Positions 20,278 to 29,745 of a DNA stretch of 64,000 nt are shown here, one piece after another. The notes under the pieces are model-generated. The model was not told the origin of the DNA. It searched no databases and worked only from the letters and a program-made list of their open reading frames with translations. Within the stretch, counting starts at the first letter, position 1. Each line of letters opens with the position of its first letter. The DNA lies in NCBI GenBank assembly GCA_024238995.1, contig JANBVL010000001.1:74059-138058 (forward strand), in the 5' to 3' direction. Origin of the DNA: Patescibacteria group bacterium (GTDB lineage: Bacteria > Patescibacteriota > Minisyncoccia > Minisyncoccales > JANBVM01). The position numbers and the translations under genes were made by a program.

Positions 20278-21677
20278 TTACTTTCTTTCTTTTTTTCAAA
20301 TTGAATCTTTAGATCCTTGAGCTGCTCTTTACTAACTTCAGAAGGAGTGTCCATCATCATTCCCCGATTTTCTCCTGTTTTAGGAAAAGCTATTACTTCT
20401 CTAATATTTGGTTCTTTTTGAACTATTGCCACAAACCTATCAATCCCTGGAGCAATTCCGCCATGAGGAGGAACGCCATATTCAAATGCTTTTAATAAAT
20501 GACCAAATCTTTTCCTTATACCTTCTTTTTTATGGCCCATTATCTCAAAAATGGTTTCAAGCATCTTAGGATCATATATTCTTAAACTTCCTCCCCCAAT
20601 TTCATAACCATTTAAAACTAAATCATACTGATAAGCCAGCATGTCTTTAGCATTCTTTTTAACTTTTGAAATATCTTGCTCCTGGGGCCTGGTAAATGGA
20701 TGGTGCACTGCATCAAGTCTTTTCTCAGACTCTTTCCATTCAAACAAAGGAAAATCAACAACAAATCCAAAAGCCAGCTCATCATCATCTTTTTTATTTT
20801 TTCTCAAATCTGGCTTATCGCTACTATACTTTTCCATTGCCTGCTTATAAGTAATTCTAGGAAATGGTGATTTTGTTATTTTCTTTTTTGGAAATAACTT
20901 CTTAACTAAACTTGTAAAAAGCTCTTCAATTAAATTCAAAATATCATCCTGGCCGACAAATGACATTTCAATATCAAGCTGAGTAAATTCTGCCTGCCTA
21001 TCACCTCTTGGATCTTCATCTCTAAAACACCTTGCAATTTGAAAATACTTTTCAATTCCAGCAACCATTAAAAGCTGTTTGTATTGCTGGGGACTCTGAG
21101 GAAGAGCATAAAAATTACCAGGATAAGTTCTTGAAGGAACTAAAAAATCTCTTGCTCCTTCAGGAGTAGATTTTGTCAATATTGGAGTTTCAACCTCTAA
21201 GAATCCTTTTTCAATAAGAAAATCTCTCATAAACTGAATTGTTTTCTGCCTCATCTTTAAGTTTTCCTTTAGTCTTTGCCTTCTTAAATCCAAATAACGA
21301 TACTTCATCCTTATTTCTTCATTTATCTCATAACCATCAGTGTCAATTGGAAAAGGTAAAGTCTTTGCCCTTGAAAAAACCTCAACTTTTTCTACACCAA
21401 GCTCAATTTCTCCTGTTTTAATCTTAGGATTAATCATGTTTTTTGGCCTTTCTCCAATACTGCCTTCAACTAAAACAACCCATTCTGGTTTTAATTCTTT
21501 TGCTATTTTGTAAATTTCTTTATTCTTAGGAGTAAAAACCAACTGCAAAATACCTTGTTTGTCACGAAGGTCAATGAAAACTATCTTCCCATGAGATCTA
21601 ATAGTATCAACCCAACCGCAAACCTTAACCTTTTCTCCAATATGTTTAATTGTTTCGCTTATTAATATTCTTTTCAT
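20274..21677 (-). CDS. aspS: Aspartate--tRNA ligase (short form lacking GAD insert)
   Basis: OB-fold; STPEGARDF, PQSPQQYKQ, FRDED, PPHGGIAPGIDR. Confidence 0.97.
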   Translation of the reverse strand: MKRILISETIKHIGEKVKVCGWVDTIRSHGKIVFIDLRDKQGILQLVFTPKNKEIYKIAKELKPEWVVLVEGSIGERPKNMINPKIKTGEIELGVEKVEVFSRAKTLPFPIDTDGYEINEEIRMKYRYLDLRRQRLKENLKMRQKTIQFMRDFLIEKGFLEVETPILTKSTPEGARDFLVPSRTYPGNFYALPQSPQQYKQLLMVAGIEKYFQIARCFRDEDPRGDRQAEFTQLDIEMSFVGQDDILNLIEELFTSLVKKLFPKKKITKSPFPRITYKQAMEKYSSDKPDLRKNKKDDDELAFGFVVDFPLFEWKESEKRLDAVHHPFTRPQEQDISKVKKNAKDMLAYQYDLVLNGYEIGGGSLRIYDPKMLETIFEIMGHKKEGIRKRFGHLLKAFEYGVPPHGGIAPGIDRFVAIVQKEPNIREVIAFPKTGENRGMMMDTPSEVSKEQLKDLKIQFEKKKESK

Positions 21678-21728
21678 AAATAATTAAAAAAACTTTTTTG
21701 AAAAAAAGCAAATAAACTGAAGCTGATT

Positions 21729-22115
21729 TCATTTCAAATACTTTTTTACTTTTTCAACAAACTGTTTGGGAGTAAAATCTGCTTTAATAAGATAATCTTT
21801 TACCCCAAAGTCAATTGCTTTTCTTCTTGCCTCTACTCCATCATAATTTGTAAAAACAATTACTGGTATTGCTGCAATTTCAAGATCTTTTTTAAGCCAT
21901 TTTAAAAAAAATAACCCACTTTCCCTAGGAAGTAAAAGATCAAGAATAATTAAATCAGGTTTTTCCTTTTTTGTAATTTCAAGCGCTTCTTTTGATTCAA
22001 TAGCTGAAATAACTTCAAAACCAGCTTTTACAAATGTATCATAATACATTTCTGCTAATACTTTCTCGTCTTCAACGATCAGTATTTTCTTTTTTAAAGA
22101 TTTTCCTTTGCTCAT
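21729..22115 (-). CDS. Single-domain response regulator (CheY-like)
   Basis: ILIVEDE, PDLIILD, DYLIK. Confidence 0.93.
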   Translation of the reverse strand: MSKGKSLKKKILIVEDEKVLAEMYYDTFVKAGFEVISAIESKEALEITKKEKPDLIILDLLLPRESGLFFLKWLKKDLEIAAIPVIVFTNYDGVEARRKAIDFGVKDYLIKADFTPKQFVEKVKKYLK

Positions 22116-23721
22116 ATTTAATAGGAATCTTTATGTTAAAAGCAGAACCTTTTTCCCTTCCAGAACTTTTAACACTAATACTTCCATTATGCATTTCTGC
22201 AAATTCTTTTGCAATGTATAATCCCAATCCAGCGCCTTCTACCCATGTTCTTTTGCCAGCAGACCCCCTTGAGAAGATTTTGAAAAGTTTGTCTAATTCT
22301 GATTTAGTCATGCCTGCCCCAGTGTCAGAAATTTCAATTTCACAAGCACCATTTTCTTGAGCATATTCTATTGTTATTCCCCCTGTTTCAGTGTATTTAA
22401 TTGCATTATCAATAATATTTAAAATAACCTGCCTTATTTTCATCCTATCTAACAACACTCTTTCTAGTCTTGTTTTTGGCTTTTCCCATTTTAAATAAAG
22501 ATTTTTTGCTCTGGCCAAGTTTTTAAGCTCTATTATTATACTACTAATTAAATCTTCTAAAGCAAATTCTTCTGTTGCCACCTCCATTTTCCCAGACTCA
22601 ATCCTTGAAATGCTTAAAAGATCATTAACTAATTTTATTAATCTTTCGACAGAAGTGTAAACATTTTTCAAAGGTTTTTTCATTTTCAATGGAAATTCTC
22701 CATAAGTCTTATCCTTTATCAACGACACATAGCCCTTAATAGCTGTTAAAGGAGTTCTTAATTGATGAGATGCAATAGAAATAAACTCTGATTTAGCAAT
22801 ATCAAGTTTTTTAAGCTCTTTATATGCTTTTTCTAAATCTTGACTTATCTTTTCAATCTGCTCTCTTCTTCTTATCTCGTCTATTGTAGCTCTAATTAAG
22901 TAATAACCAAAAATACAAAATAGGATAAAAACACTAGAATTTAAAACCTTTAACCAGAGAATTTCATTTACCCAAGCTTGAACAAGTAAAATTAGCGCTA
23001 TTACCACTACAAAAAGCTCAACAAGAACTACTTTAATTTGGAAAAGATGGTGCTTGGCAATAGCAACAGTAACAAAAATAGAAAATATAATAGTGGCTAA
23101 TGGACCATAATTGGCAATATTAAAAAAACCAAGATAAGGAAATACAATATTAGTAGTAAAACCAAAGATTAAAGATATTGTTAAACCTGTTAACACATAC
23201 TTAATCTGAAGCTTTTCAATTGTTTTGTCATATTTTCTCAGTTTTAAAAACAAGACAGCTCCAACAAAAAATGAAATCAGAGAATAATTGATAACATAAA
23301 GGTTATATAATTGCCCGTAAACAGTTTCTCGTTGTCCAGGTCCAATTATGATCTCTTCGCTAGCTACCAGCGGCGTAAAAGTTGTCAGGATAAAAAGAGC
23401 CAAAAACAAGGGGATTAGATACTTACTTATCTTCTTGAATTCAAAAAGAGATTCGGTAGGAAAAACTACTGCGAATTTCAATAAATAGTACAAAATTGGA
23501 ATAACCATTGCAAAATTAATTCTTCCCAGCCACAACACCCATTGAGGACTTTCAAGGCTGTAGTATAAAAAAAGAGAAATCAACCAAGCATTTGCAGATA
23601 TTACGCTAAGAAAAAAAGTTTTATTTACTTTTTCCTTTCTGCCTTTTAATAATACAAAACCAGCTAATAAAAAATTAGAAAAAATTGATATAAAGTAAGT
23701 TAAGCTCTCTGTTATGGACAT
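22072..23721 (-). CDS. Sensor histidine kinase with N-terminal multi-TM (HisKA_7TM-like) input
   Basis: Several TM helices then H-box SHQLRTPL, N-box NIIDNAIKY, G1 DTGAG, G2 GAGLGL. Confidence 0.93.
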   Translation of the reverse strand: MSITESLTYFISIFSNFLLAGFVLLKGRKEKVNKTFFLSVISANAWLISLFLYYSLESPQWVLWLGRINFAMVIPILYYLLKFAVVFPTESLFEFKKISKYLIPLFLALFILTTFTPLVASEEIIIGPGQRETVYGQLYNLYVINYSLISFFVGAVLFLKLRKYDKTIEKLQIKYVLTGLTISLIFGFTTNIVFPYLGFFNIANYGPLATIIFSIFVTVAIAKHHLFQIKVVLVELFVVVIALILLVQAWVNEILWLKVLNSSVFILFCIFGYYLIRATIDEIRRREQIEKISQDLEKAYKELKKLDIAKSEFISIASHQLRTPLTAIKGYVSLIKDKTYGEFPLKMKKPLKNVYTSVERLIKLVNDLLSISRIESGKMEVATEEFALEDLISSIIIELKNLARAKNLYLKWEKPKTRLERVLLDRMKIRQVILNIIDNAIKYTETGGITIEYAQENGACEIEISDTGAGMTKSELDKLFKIFSRGSAGKRTWVEGAGLGLYIAKEFAEMHNGSISVKSSGREKGSAFNIKIPIKYEQRKIFKKENTDR

Positions 23722-24560
23722 TAATTATGTAAAAAATGTTTTCTGCTTTTCTCAGTCCACTCTGATATACTCTGTTCAGTTAACTCTTTATTAAAAGCTT
23801 TTTTAGCTAGTTGAAAATAAGGTATGGCTACCAAAACGCAACCCATATCCCCTTTGTTAATTTTTTTTGATACAAGATCTACAAAAATCTCTTTATACTT
23901 TACTCTCTGATTTTTTCCTATTTCTATAATGCTCTGAACTGTATTGAAATAAACTCTTTCTTTAATAGCGTCTATATTCTGTTCTTCGGTGATTATTTCT
24001 CCAACATCCTCCATGAACAAGCATGCAGCACTACTTCTATCTTCAGGTATTCCAATAGCTACTGTTCCATATAAATAAGCAGGGCCTGATTTATAATAGG
24101 ACTTTACAGCGCAAGGAACATGAGTGCCTGGTAAAAGTGGAAAGTGGCGCTTGTCATTGGTGCCAAAAAGCGCTTGAGCTGCTTCTCTTAAATTTTCTCC
24201 ACTCTTAATCTTTATTCCACCAAATTTTTTAAGGCTTTTTTCCGACAAAAAAGAAGGCAATCCTATGCCTTCCTTTTTTGCAACATCATAGCCCCAAATT
24301 AAACCCTGGGGTCCGCAGAATGAAGATACTACGCTCATATTTATCTGACCGATATAAGCACTGCTAACTTCTGCTTTGTCATAAGCTAATATGGAATCAA
24401 GTTTTTTTGAGCCAGGATGGCTAAATACCTGCTTAAAACTCTCTATCCCCACAACTAAAGCAGTTAAATAGCTGTCTTGGCCTGGATATCCTGCACAATA
24501 TTGCTCAAAAGGAGAGATAGCTGATTCTAATATTTTCTTTTCCGAAAAACTAACTTTCAT
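23721..24560 (-). CDS. hdcA: Pyruvoyl-dependent histidine decarboxylase proenzyme (HdcA-like)
   Basis: AISPFEQYCAGY, YDKAE, AYIGQINM, Ser-Ser self-cleavage site VS|SFCG, IWGYD, FMEDVG; ATG start taken at 24560. Confidence 0.85.
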   Translation of the reverse strand: MKVSFSEKKILESAISPFEQYCAGYPGQDSYLTALVVGIESFKQVFSHPGSKKLDSILAYDKAEVSSAYIGQINMSVVSSFCGPQGLIWGYDVAKKEGIGLPSFLSEKSLKKFGGIKIKSGENLREAAQALFGTNDKRHFPLLPGTHVPCAVKSYYKSGPAYLYGTVAIGIPEDRSSAACLFMEDVGEIITEEQNIDAIKERVYFNTVQSIIEIGKNQRVKYKEIFVDLVSKKINKGDMGCVLVAIPYFQLAKKAFNKELTEQSISEWTEKSRKHFLHN

Positions 24561-24661
24561 AGATAATCTCAATTAATTCCAATTTACTGATTTAATCTAG
24601 AGAAATTTATTATATTAAATTATATAACATTAATAAAATTCAAGCAATAAAATAAAAAAGG

Positions 24662-24681
24662 GCCGGAAAGCAATTTCCGGC
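24662..24681 (-). terminator. Intrinsic terminator after the GNAT gene
   Basis: gccggaaa/tttccggc stem followed by a T-run on the minus strand. Confidence 0.65.
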
Positions 24682-24689
24682 TAATTATG

Positions 24690-25493
24690 TTATGAGAAAC
24701 GAGAAGCTATTGACATAACGCTCTTGACCTTTGCTGTTGTCACGCTCTGAGCAATCTTTAATACTGATCTGAAATCAGCGTTGTAAAGAAAAACTATCTT
24801 TTTTCCGCCAACTTCAATCTTTCTTATTGGCTTGAACCCCATAAAGATTGCCAGAGGAACGATATTCGACTCTGGAGTGCTCCAAAAAATAGTCTGTTTC
24901 ACTCCTTGTTCAAATGCCATCTCCAGGCCAGGCCTGAAAAGAAAACGGATTGGGTCTATCCCGCCTCTGAACTCTTTCAAAATAGCAAATTCATCATAGA
25001 AAAGGATTTTATCACTTTTTTCCCTCAATAAAGTTTCTATGCTTTGAATTTTTTGTTCATCTACTGATTCAGCTTTCATTAACAGGCTTGCTTTAATTCT
25101 TTCTGCAACACTGCCAGTCTCAATTAGAGACCCCCAACTGAATCCAGCAATAGGATTTTCAGGATTACCGTCCATCATAGTAAGAACAGGTTCGGATTCT
25201 CCAGTGATGTCTCTTTCTATCTTTTCTCTTGTTTCAACCTCTTCCCAAGTTTCTTCCCAAGGTGGTTCAAGAAATACACTTTGATAAGCTTTAACAAGAG
25301 CTTTCAGCATATTTTCAGGAATAATTTTGGAAAAGTAACTATAGTATCTTTGATTTTCTTCGGGTTGAATTGAAGATCCGCCTCGTTCTCTTATTTTTAT
25401 CCTTATGGTCCATAGCCGTAAGAACTTTCGTATTATCCAGTATTTCATTTTCATTACCTCTTTTTCAACATGCAACATCGTTGCATACTGCAT
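24690..25493 (-). CDS. GNAT-fold acyltransferase-like protein
   Basis: YQSVF.EPPWEE.W, IAGFSWG, FYDEFAILKEFRGG (motif A-like), FMGF; true start may be ~25454 (GAGGT RBS). Confidence 0.65.
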   Translation of the reverse strand: MQYATMLHVEKEVMKMKYWIIRKFLRLWTIRIKIRERGGSSIQPEENQRYYSYFSKIIPENMLKALVKAYQSVFLEPPWEETWEEVETREKIERDITGESEPVLTMMDGNPENPIAGFSWGSLIETGSVAERIKASLLMKAESVDEQKIQSIETLLREKSDKILFYDEFAILKEFRGGIDPIRFLFRPGLEMAFEQGVKQTIFWSTPESNIVPLAIFMGFKPIRKIEVGGKKIVFLYNADFRSVLKIAQSVTTAKVKSVMSIASRFS

Positions 25494-25546
25494 TGATTAT
25501 ACAAATAAATTTATTTTTGTCAACATGGTTGTTAAAATAAAAAAGT

Positions 25547-25592
25547 GCGTGATTTTAAGCTTTAAAAAATTTTAAAACTATATAAATCACGC
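25547..25592 (-). terminator. Hairpin gcgtgattt...aaatcacgc, duplicated at 25952-25995
   Basis: Near-identical ~50-bp block overlapping the stop of each paralogue. Confidence 0.7.
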
Positions 25593-25862
25593 CGAATGTT
25601 GAATAACTTTTTCTTCTGTATCACGATCCAGAAAGATTATGAAAGACAGAAGCAAGGGAACGAGCCCAATTATAATGAGTGCCCATCCTCCCAAGATGTG
25701 GGTATCATATTGGGTAGTTGCTGGTTCGCTATCTGGTGGAATATCTATATTCCACTCTACTATTGTTGGCTCACCAAAAATCATTAAGCCCAAACCAGCA
25801 GCTATCAGGAACAAACCTAACATCAAAAGAAACAACATTATTTTCTCTCTTATTTCTATCAC
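25587..25862 (-). CDS. Small 2-TM protein, paralogue 1
   Basis: TM-FGEP...W.IDIP.D...H-TM, shared with 25990..26286. Confidence 0.75.
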   Translation of the reverse strand: MIEIREKIMLFLLMLGLFLIAAGLGLMIFGEPTIVEWNIDIPPDSEPATTQYDTHILGGWALIIIGLVPLLLSFIIFLDRDTEEKVIQHSA

Positions 25863-25989
25863 CTCCTTGAAAGAACTTAAGATTTATTATAATAACAGAG
25901 ATAACAATTTTGTCAATGTGTCTATAATATTAGGATATAAATAAAAAAAATGCGTGATTTTAAGCTTTAAAATTTTAAAACTATATAAA

Positions 25990-26286
25990 TCACGCTATTG
26001 GAGGAATTTGTTCTTCTTTATAGTGTTGCGACAAAGGACTTGCTAACATTATAAATATTAATCCAGTTACAACCATCCCTAATCCCATCTGGATGTGATG
26101 GCTGTATTCATTATTTGTGTCTTGCGGGATATCTATATCCCAAGTTGCTGTTGCTGGCTCACCAAAAGACATGATGGATATCCCAACAATTATCAGGATT
26201 AATCCTGATAAGAAAAACAAATCCAGATTATTGGTTCCTATTTTTCTATCACCTCCTGATATACAAAAGAACTTAGAATTTATCAC
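25990..26286 (-). CDS. Small 2-TM protein, paralogue 2
   Basis: SFGEPATATWDIDIPQD; start uncertain. Confidence 0.7.
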   Translation of the reverse strand: MINSKFFCISGGDRKIGTNNLDLFFLSGLILIIVGISIMSFGEPATATWDIDIPQDTNNEYSHHIQMGLGMVVTGLIFIMLASPLSQHYKEEQIPPIA

Positions 26287-26332
26287 GATAACAAAACTAA
26301 TAATTTTGTCAATAAATCCTGCTTCCGCCCCT

Positions 26333-27628
26333 TTATCCGCCCTTCAGCTTTAAACTCACATCATCATAAATGTTGCCAGCACCCATAATTATAATAACTT
26401 CTTGTCCATTTAAATTCTGCCTTAAAAATTCGATTATCTTCTCTTTTGCAATATAAATCACAGAGTCTTTATTTACAGCTTTAACTAATTTTTCAGAACT
26501 TATTTCTTCCCTTATTTCTTCATCTTCCCTGCCAACTACATCGTAAATGTCAGTAATAATCAATTTATCTACTGGTGCATTTTTAAAAGTTTCAATGAAA
26601 TCATCAAATAAATAATGAGTTCTTTGATATTGATGAGGTTGAAAAAAACACCAAATCTTTTTTTTAGGATATTTCTCACGAGCTGCTTTTAAAGTAAGGT
26701 TAATTTCTGTTGGATGATGAGCATAATCGTCAATTAGGGTATATGGTTTAGGGTTTAATATTTCAGTAATTTCAAATCTTCGCCAAGATCCTTTATATCG
26801 TGACAATACCTTATGAGAATCTATATCTTTAATTTTTAAAATTCTTGCAACTTTTAAAGCCGCTAAAGCATTAGAAACATTAAAATCGCCAGGAATCTGC
26901 AGAACATCTTTCATCCCTACAGCTTCTTTATCCTTTAAAGAATACCAATCTGCTTCTTCAACAATCTTATGAATGTTTTCATCATCCTTGTTTGCAACTA
27001 TAATTCCATCTTCTTTTAAATTAGCAATAAACTTTTTAAATCCATTTAAAACGCCTTGTAAATTACCATAATGGTCTAAATGATCTGCTTCAATTGTTGT
27101 TAAAACAATTATATTAGGATAGTAATTTAAAAACGATTCAAAATGTTCACAAGCTTCAATAACTAAATACTTTGAATTTCCCACTCTACAGCTTGAGTTG
27201 TCAAATTCTTTAAGCTTTGTTCCCACAATCACAGTTGGATCCAAGCCTGCTTCAATCAATAACAAACCTATCATTGCAGTTGTTGTACTTTTCCCATGAG
27301 TTCCAGTAATAGCTATAGTAAAATATTTCTTACTTAACTCTCCAAGAGCTTGAGGGTAAGTCATTATCTTTAAACCATTTCTTTTAGCTTTTTCAAGTTC
27401 AGGATTACTTTCTGGTACTGCAGGACTATAAATTACTAAATTAATATTATCAGCCATGTTTTCAGATTTATGCTTTCCTATAAAAATCTTTACTTTTCTT
27501 TTTTCAAACCAATCAGTGATTTCTGTTGAACCTAAATCAGAACCAGTTATATTGTGGCCTTTTTCAAGATAATATTTAGCTAAAGCTGATACTCCAATTC
27601 CACCAATTCCAATAAAATGAATTTTCAT
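26333..27628 (-). CDS. murC: UDP-N-acetylmuramate--L-alanine ligase
   Basis: HFIGIGGIG, GTHGKSTT, EACE, DDYAHHPTE, FQPH. Confidence 0.96.
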   Translation of the reverse strand: MKIHFIGIGGIGVSALAKYYLEKGHNITGSDLGSTEITDWFEKRKVKIFIGKHKSENMADNINLVIYSPAVPESNPELEKAKRNGLKIMTYPQALGELSKKYFTIAITGTHGKSTTTAMIGLLLIEAGLDPTVIVGTKLKEFDNSSCRVGNSKYLVIEACEHFESFLNYYPNIIVLTTIEADHLDHYGNLQGVLNGFKKFIANLKEDGIIVANKDDENIHKIVEEADWYSLKDKEAVGMKDVLQIPGDFNVSNALAALKVARILKIKDIDSHKVLSRYKGSWRRFEITEILNPKPYTLIDDYAHHPTEINLTLKAAREKYPKKKIWCFFQPHQYQRTHYLFDDFIETFKNAPVDKLIITDIYDVVGREDEEIREEISSEKLVKAVNKDSVIYIAKEKIIEFLRQNLNGQEVIIIMGAGNIYDDVSLKLKGG

Positions 27629-27636
27629 AGCAAAGC

Positions 27637-28194
27637 TTATGGTTTTAATGGGAATGATTGCATCACTGAATACTCTGCGTCAGTTCGTTTTAATTGACTT
27701 TCCATTATTTCAATTGAGTTTACTTCAAAACTTAAATTAATGCCTTGTTCAATCTGCAGTCTTTCTTCTGGCTCAATATTTCTAAACTCCCATTGCCTTA
27801 ACCTAGCTAAAGTTATATGGGGACTATATGCTCTTTTTTCTTTTTTAAAAGAAAGATTAGACAATGAATTTTCTAAATCCGCTCGTAATTCTCCCAATTG
27901 CTCTGATATCTCACCTACTGCCCAAATCATTCTTGGTGTTTTTTTAGGCGGACCATAACAGATTTTATTTAAAGTTAAGGAAAAAAAATTATGATTTTTA
28001 ACAACTTGTTCTGTATTTTTTAGTATTTCAGATATTTCATCTTCTTGAACATAACCTAAAAAAAGCAAAGTAATATGAATATTTTGTTTTTTTGTCCATC
28101 TTGCTGGCAATTCCTGGTATTTTAAACTATAACCATTAAGCTTGTTTTTAACTTTTTCAGGCAAATTAATAGCAATAAAGAGTCTGTGGCGCAT
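27637..28194 (-). CDS. thpR: RNA 2',3'-cyclic phosphodiesterase (2H family)
   Basis: RLFIAI; two HxT motifs (HITLLFLG, PHITLAR). Confidence 0.92.
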   Translation of the reverse strand: MRHRLFIAINLPEKVKNKLNGYSLKYQELPARWTKKQNIHITLLFLGYVQEDEISEILKNTEQVVKNHNFFSLTLNKICYGPPKKTPRMIWAVGEISEQLGELRADLENSLSNLSFKKEKRAYSPHITLARLRQWEFRNIEPEERLQIEQGINLSFEVNSIEIMESQLKRTDAEYSVMQSFPLKP

Positions 28195-28274
28195 AATTTT
28201 ACTATAACACAGGTTTAAATTTAATAAAGCTATAATTGATGAATCTTTCTAAATAGTCTAAAATAAAAAAACAC

Positions 28275-29444
28275 ATGAAACAAAAACTTTTAGAGGTAGG
28301 AATAAGTGAGATAGCTGTTTCCATTCCAAAATGGCATATTGGCGTGGAAAAAATAGCTCAACAAGGCAGTCTGTCCAAAGAGTATGTAAGTGGAGGACTT
28401 GGCCTTATTCAAGCCAGAATCCCCTATCAAACCTCTCTAGAACAGCTAATAACCAGAGCGCTTAAGAAAATAAACCATCAAGACATTGATAGGTTTTTTA
28501 TTGCAACTGAATCAGACTATGATATTTCCAAAGCAGAAATAGGAATAACAACTATTAAAAACCTTAATCTTACTGCAGTTCCATTTCAATTGAAGTTTGC
28601 CTGTCTTTCAGGAGTCCAGGCATTGCTTTTAGCATGTGAATATACTGTTGCCCACAATAAACCTGCTATTGTCATAGCAGCAGACCGTTCAGTTTATGAA
28701 GATGAAAAAGCAGAAGTTACTCAAGGGGCAGGAGCAGTAGCTATTAGGATTGAACAAAACCCAAAACTATTAATATTAGACTTTAAAAACATTGGGCAAT
28801 ATTCAAAAGATATAAATGACTTTAGAGTGCCGATTAACACTGCTCCATTTCCAAAAGTTGATGGTCCTCTAACAAAACCAGCTTTTATAAAATGTATCAT
28901 TAAAGCAACTAATGACTACAAAACAAAAAATCAAGGATGTGATTCAATAGTAAAAACAGCCGACCATATTGTTATGCATACTCCATTTCCTAAAATGATT
29001 GTCTGGGCCTCAGCAGCGCTCTGGTATTATGAAAAATACAAAAGCGGATTAGATCTGCTAAAAGAATGTTTAATTAATCCTCAGTTATTTACTAAATTTA
29101 AAGAAATATTAGACAGGACGAGAAAAGCTCTGGATTTTCAGACATTCTTTCAGCAAAAAGTAAGACCCGGGCTTCGTTACAACCCCTATATTGGAAATTG
29201 CTATACAGTTTCTGTTTTTATTTCCTTAATTTCCGCTTTAGAGCAAGCTAAAAACAATCAAAATATCTGTATTATAGGCTATGGAGGTGGCTCAGGATCT
29301 TTAGCTTTAATGGGTAAATCAGTAAAATCTAACTTCCAAAGTGACTTAATTCATCAAATAAAAAATGGCAATGAATTAACCTTCCAGCAATATCAAGAGT
29401 GGCGAACTAATGCTGTAAAAAAAATAAGGGGGTCTCTGGCTTAA
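28275..29444 (+). CDS. Hydroxymethylglutaryl-CoA synthase family protein
   Basis: ATES (Glu), KFACLSG (Cys), EVTQGAGAVA, HTPFPKM (His), IGNCYT. Confidence 0.82.
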   Translation: MKQKLLEVGISEIAVSIPKWHIGVEKIAQQGSLSKEYVSGGLGLIQARIPYQTSLEQLITRALKKINHQDIDRFFIATESDYDISKAEIGITTIKNLNLTAVPFQLKFACLSGVQALLLACEYTVAHNKPAIVIAADRSVYEDEKAEVTQGAGAVAIRIEQNPKLLILDFKNIGQYSKDINDFRVPINTAPFPKVDGPLTKPAFIKCIIKATNDYKTKNQGCDSIVKTADHIVMHTPFPKMIVWASAALWYYEKYKSGLDLLKECLINPQLFTKFKEILDRTRKALDFQTFFQQKVRPGLRYNPYIGNCYTVSVFISLISALEQAKNNQNICIIGYGGGSGSLALMGKSVKSNFQSDLIHQIKNGNELTFQQYQEWRTNAVKKIRGSLA

Positions 29445-29445
29445 T

Positions 29446-29745
29446 ATGAGATTTTCAATTAAAAATAAGAATAAATACAATTTTGCTATGTTGCTTAGAA
29501 AGATCGGATATAAGTATCTGGGCAAAACTGACAAGCAAGAGTATAATCTTGTTAAACCTTTTGAAAGAGGCGGTTATCCAAGATTTCATATTTATTTAAT
29601 AATCAATGAAAAAGAAATGGTTTTTAATATACATTTAGATCAAAAAAAACCTATATACAAAGGCGCTCCAGCTCACGGCGCTGATTATGAAGGCAAAGTT
29701 ATAGAACAAGAAGCTCAAAGAATAAAACAAGCTTTATTAGAATGA
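29446..29745 (+). CDS. Hypothetical protein (YPRFH motif)
   Basis: 99 aa, operonic spacing with neighbours. Confidence 0.75.
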   Translation: MRFSIKNKNKYNFAMLLRKIGYKYLGKTDKQEYNLVKPFERGGYPRFHIYLIINEKEMVFNIHLDQKKPIYKGAPAHGADYEGKVIEQEAQRIKQALLE

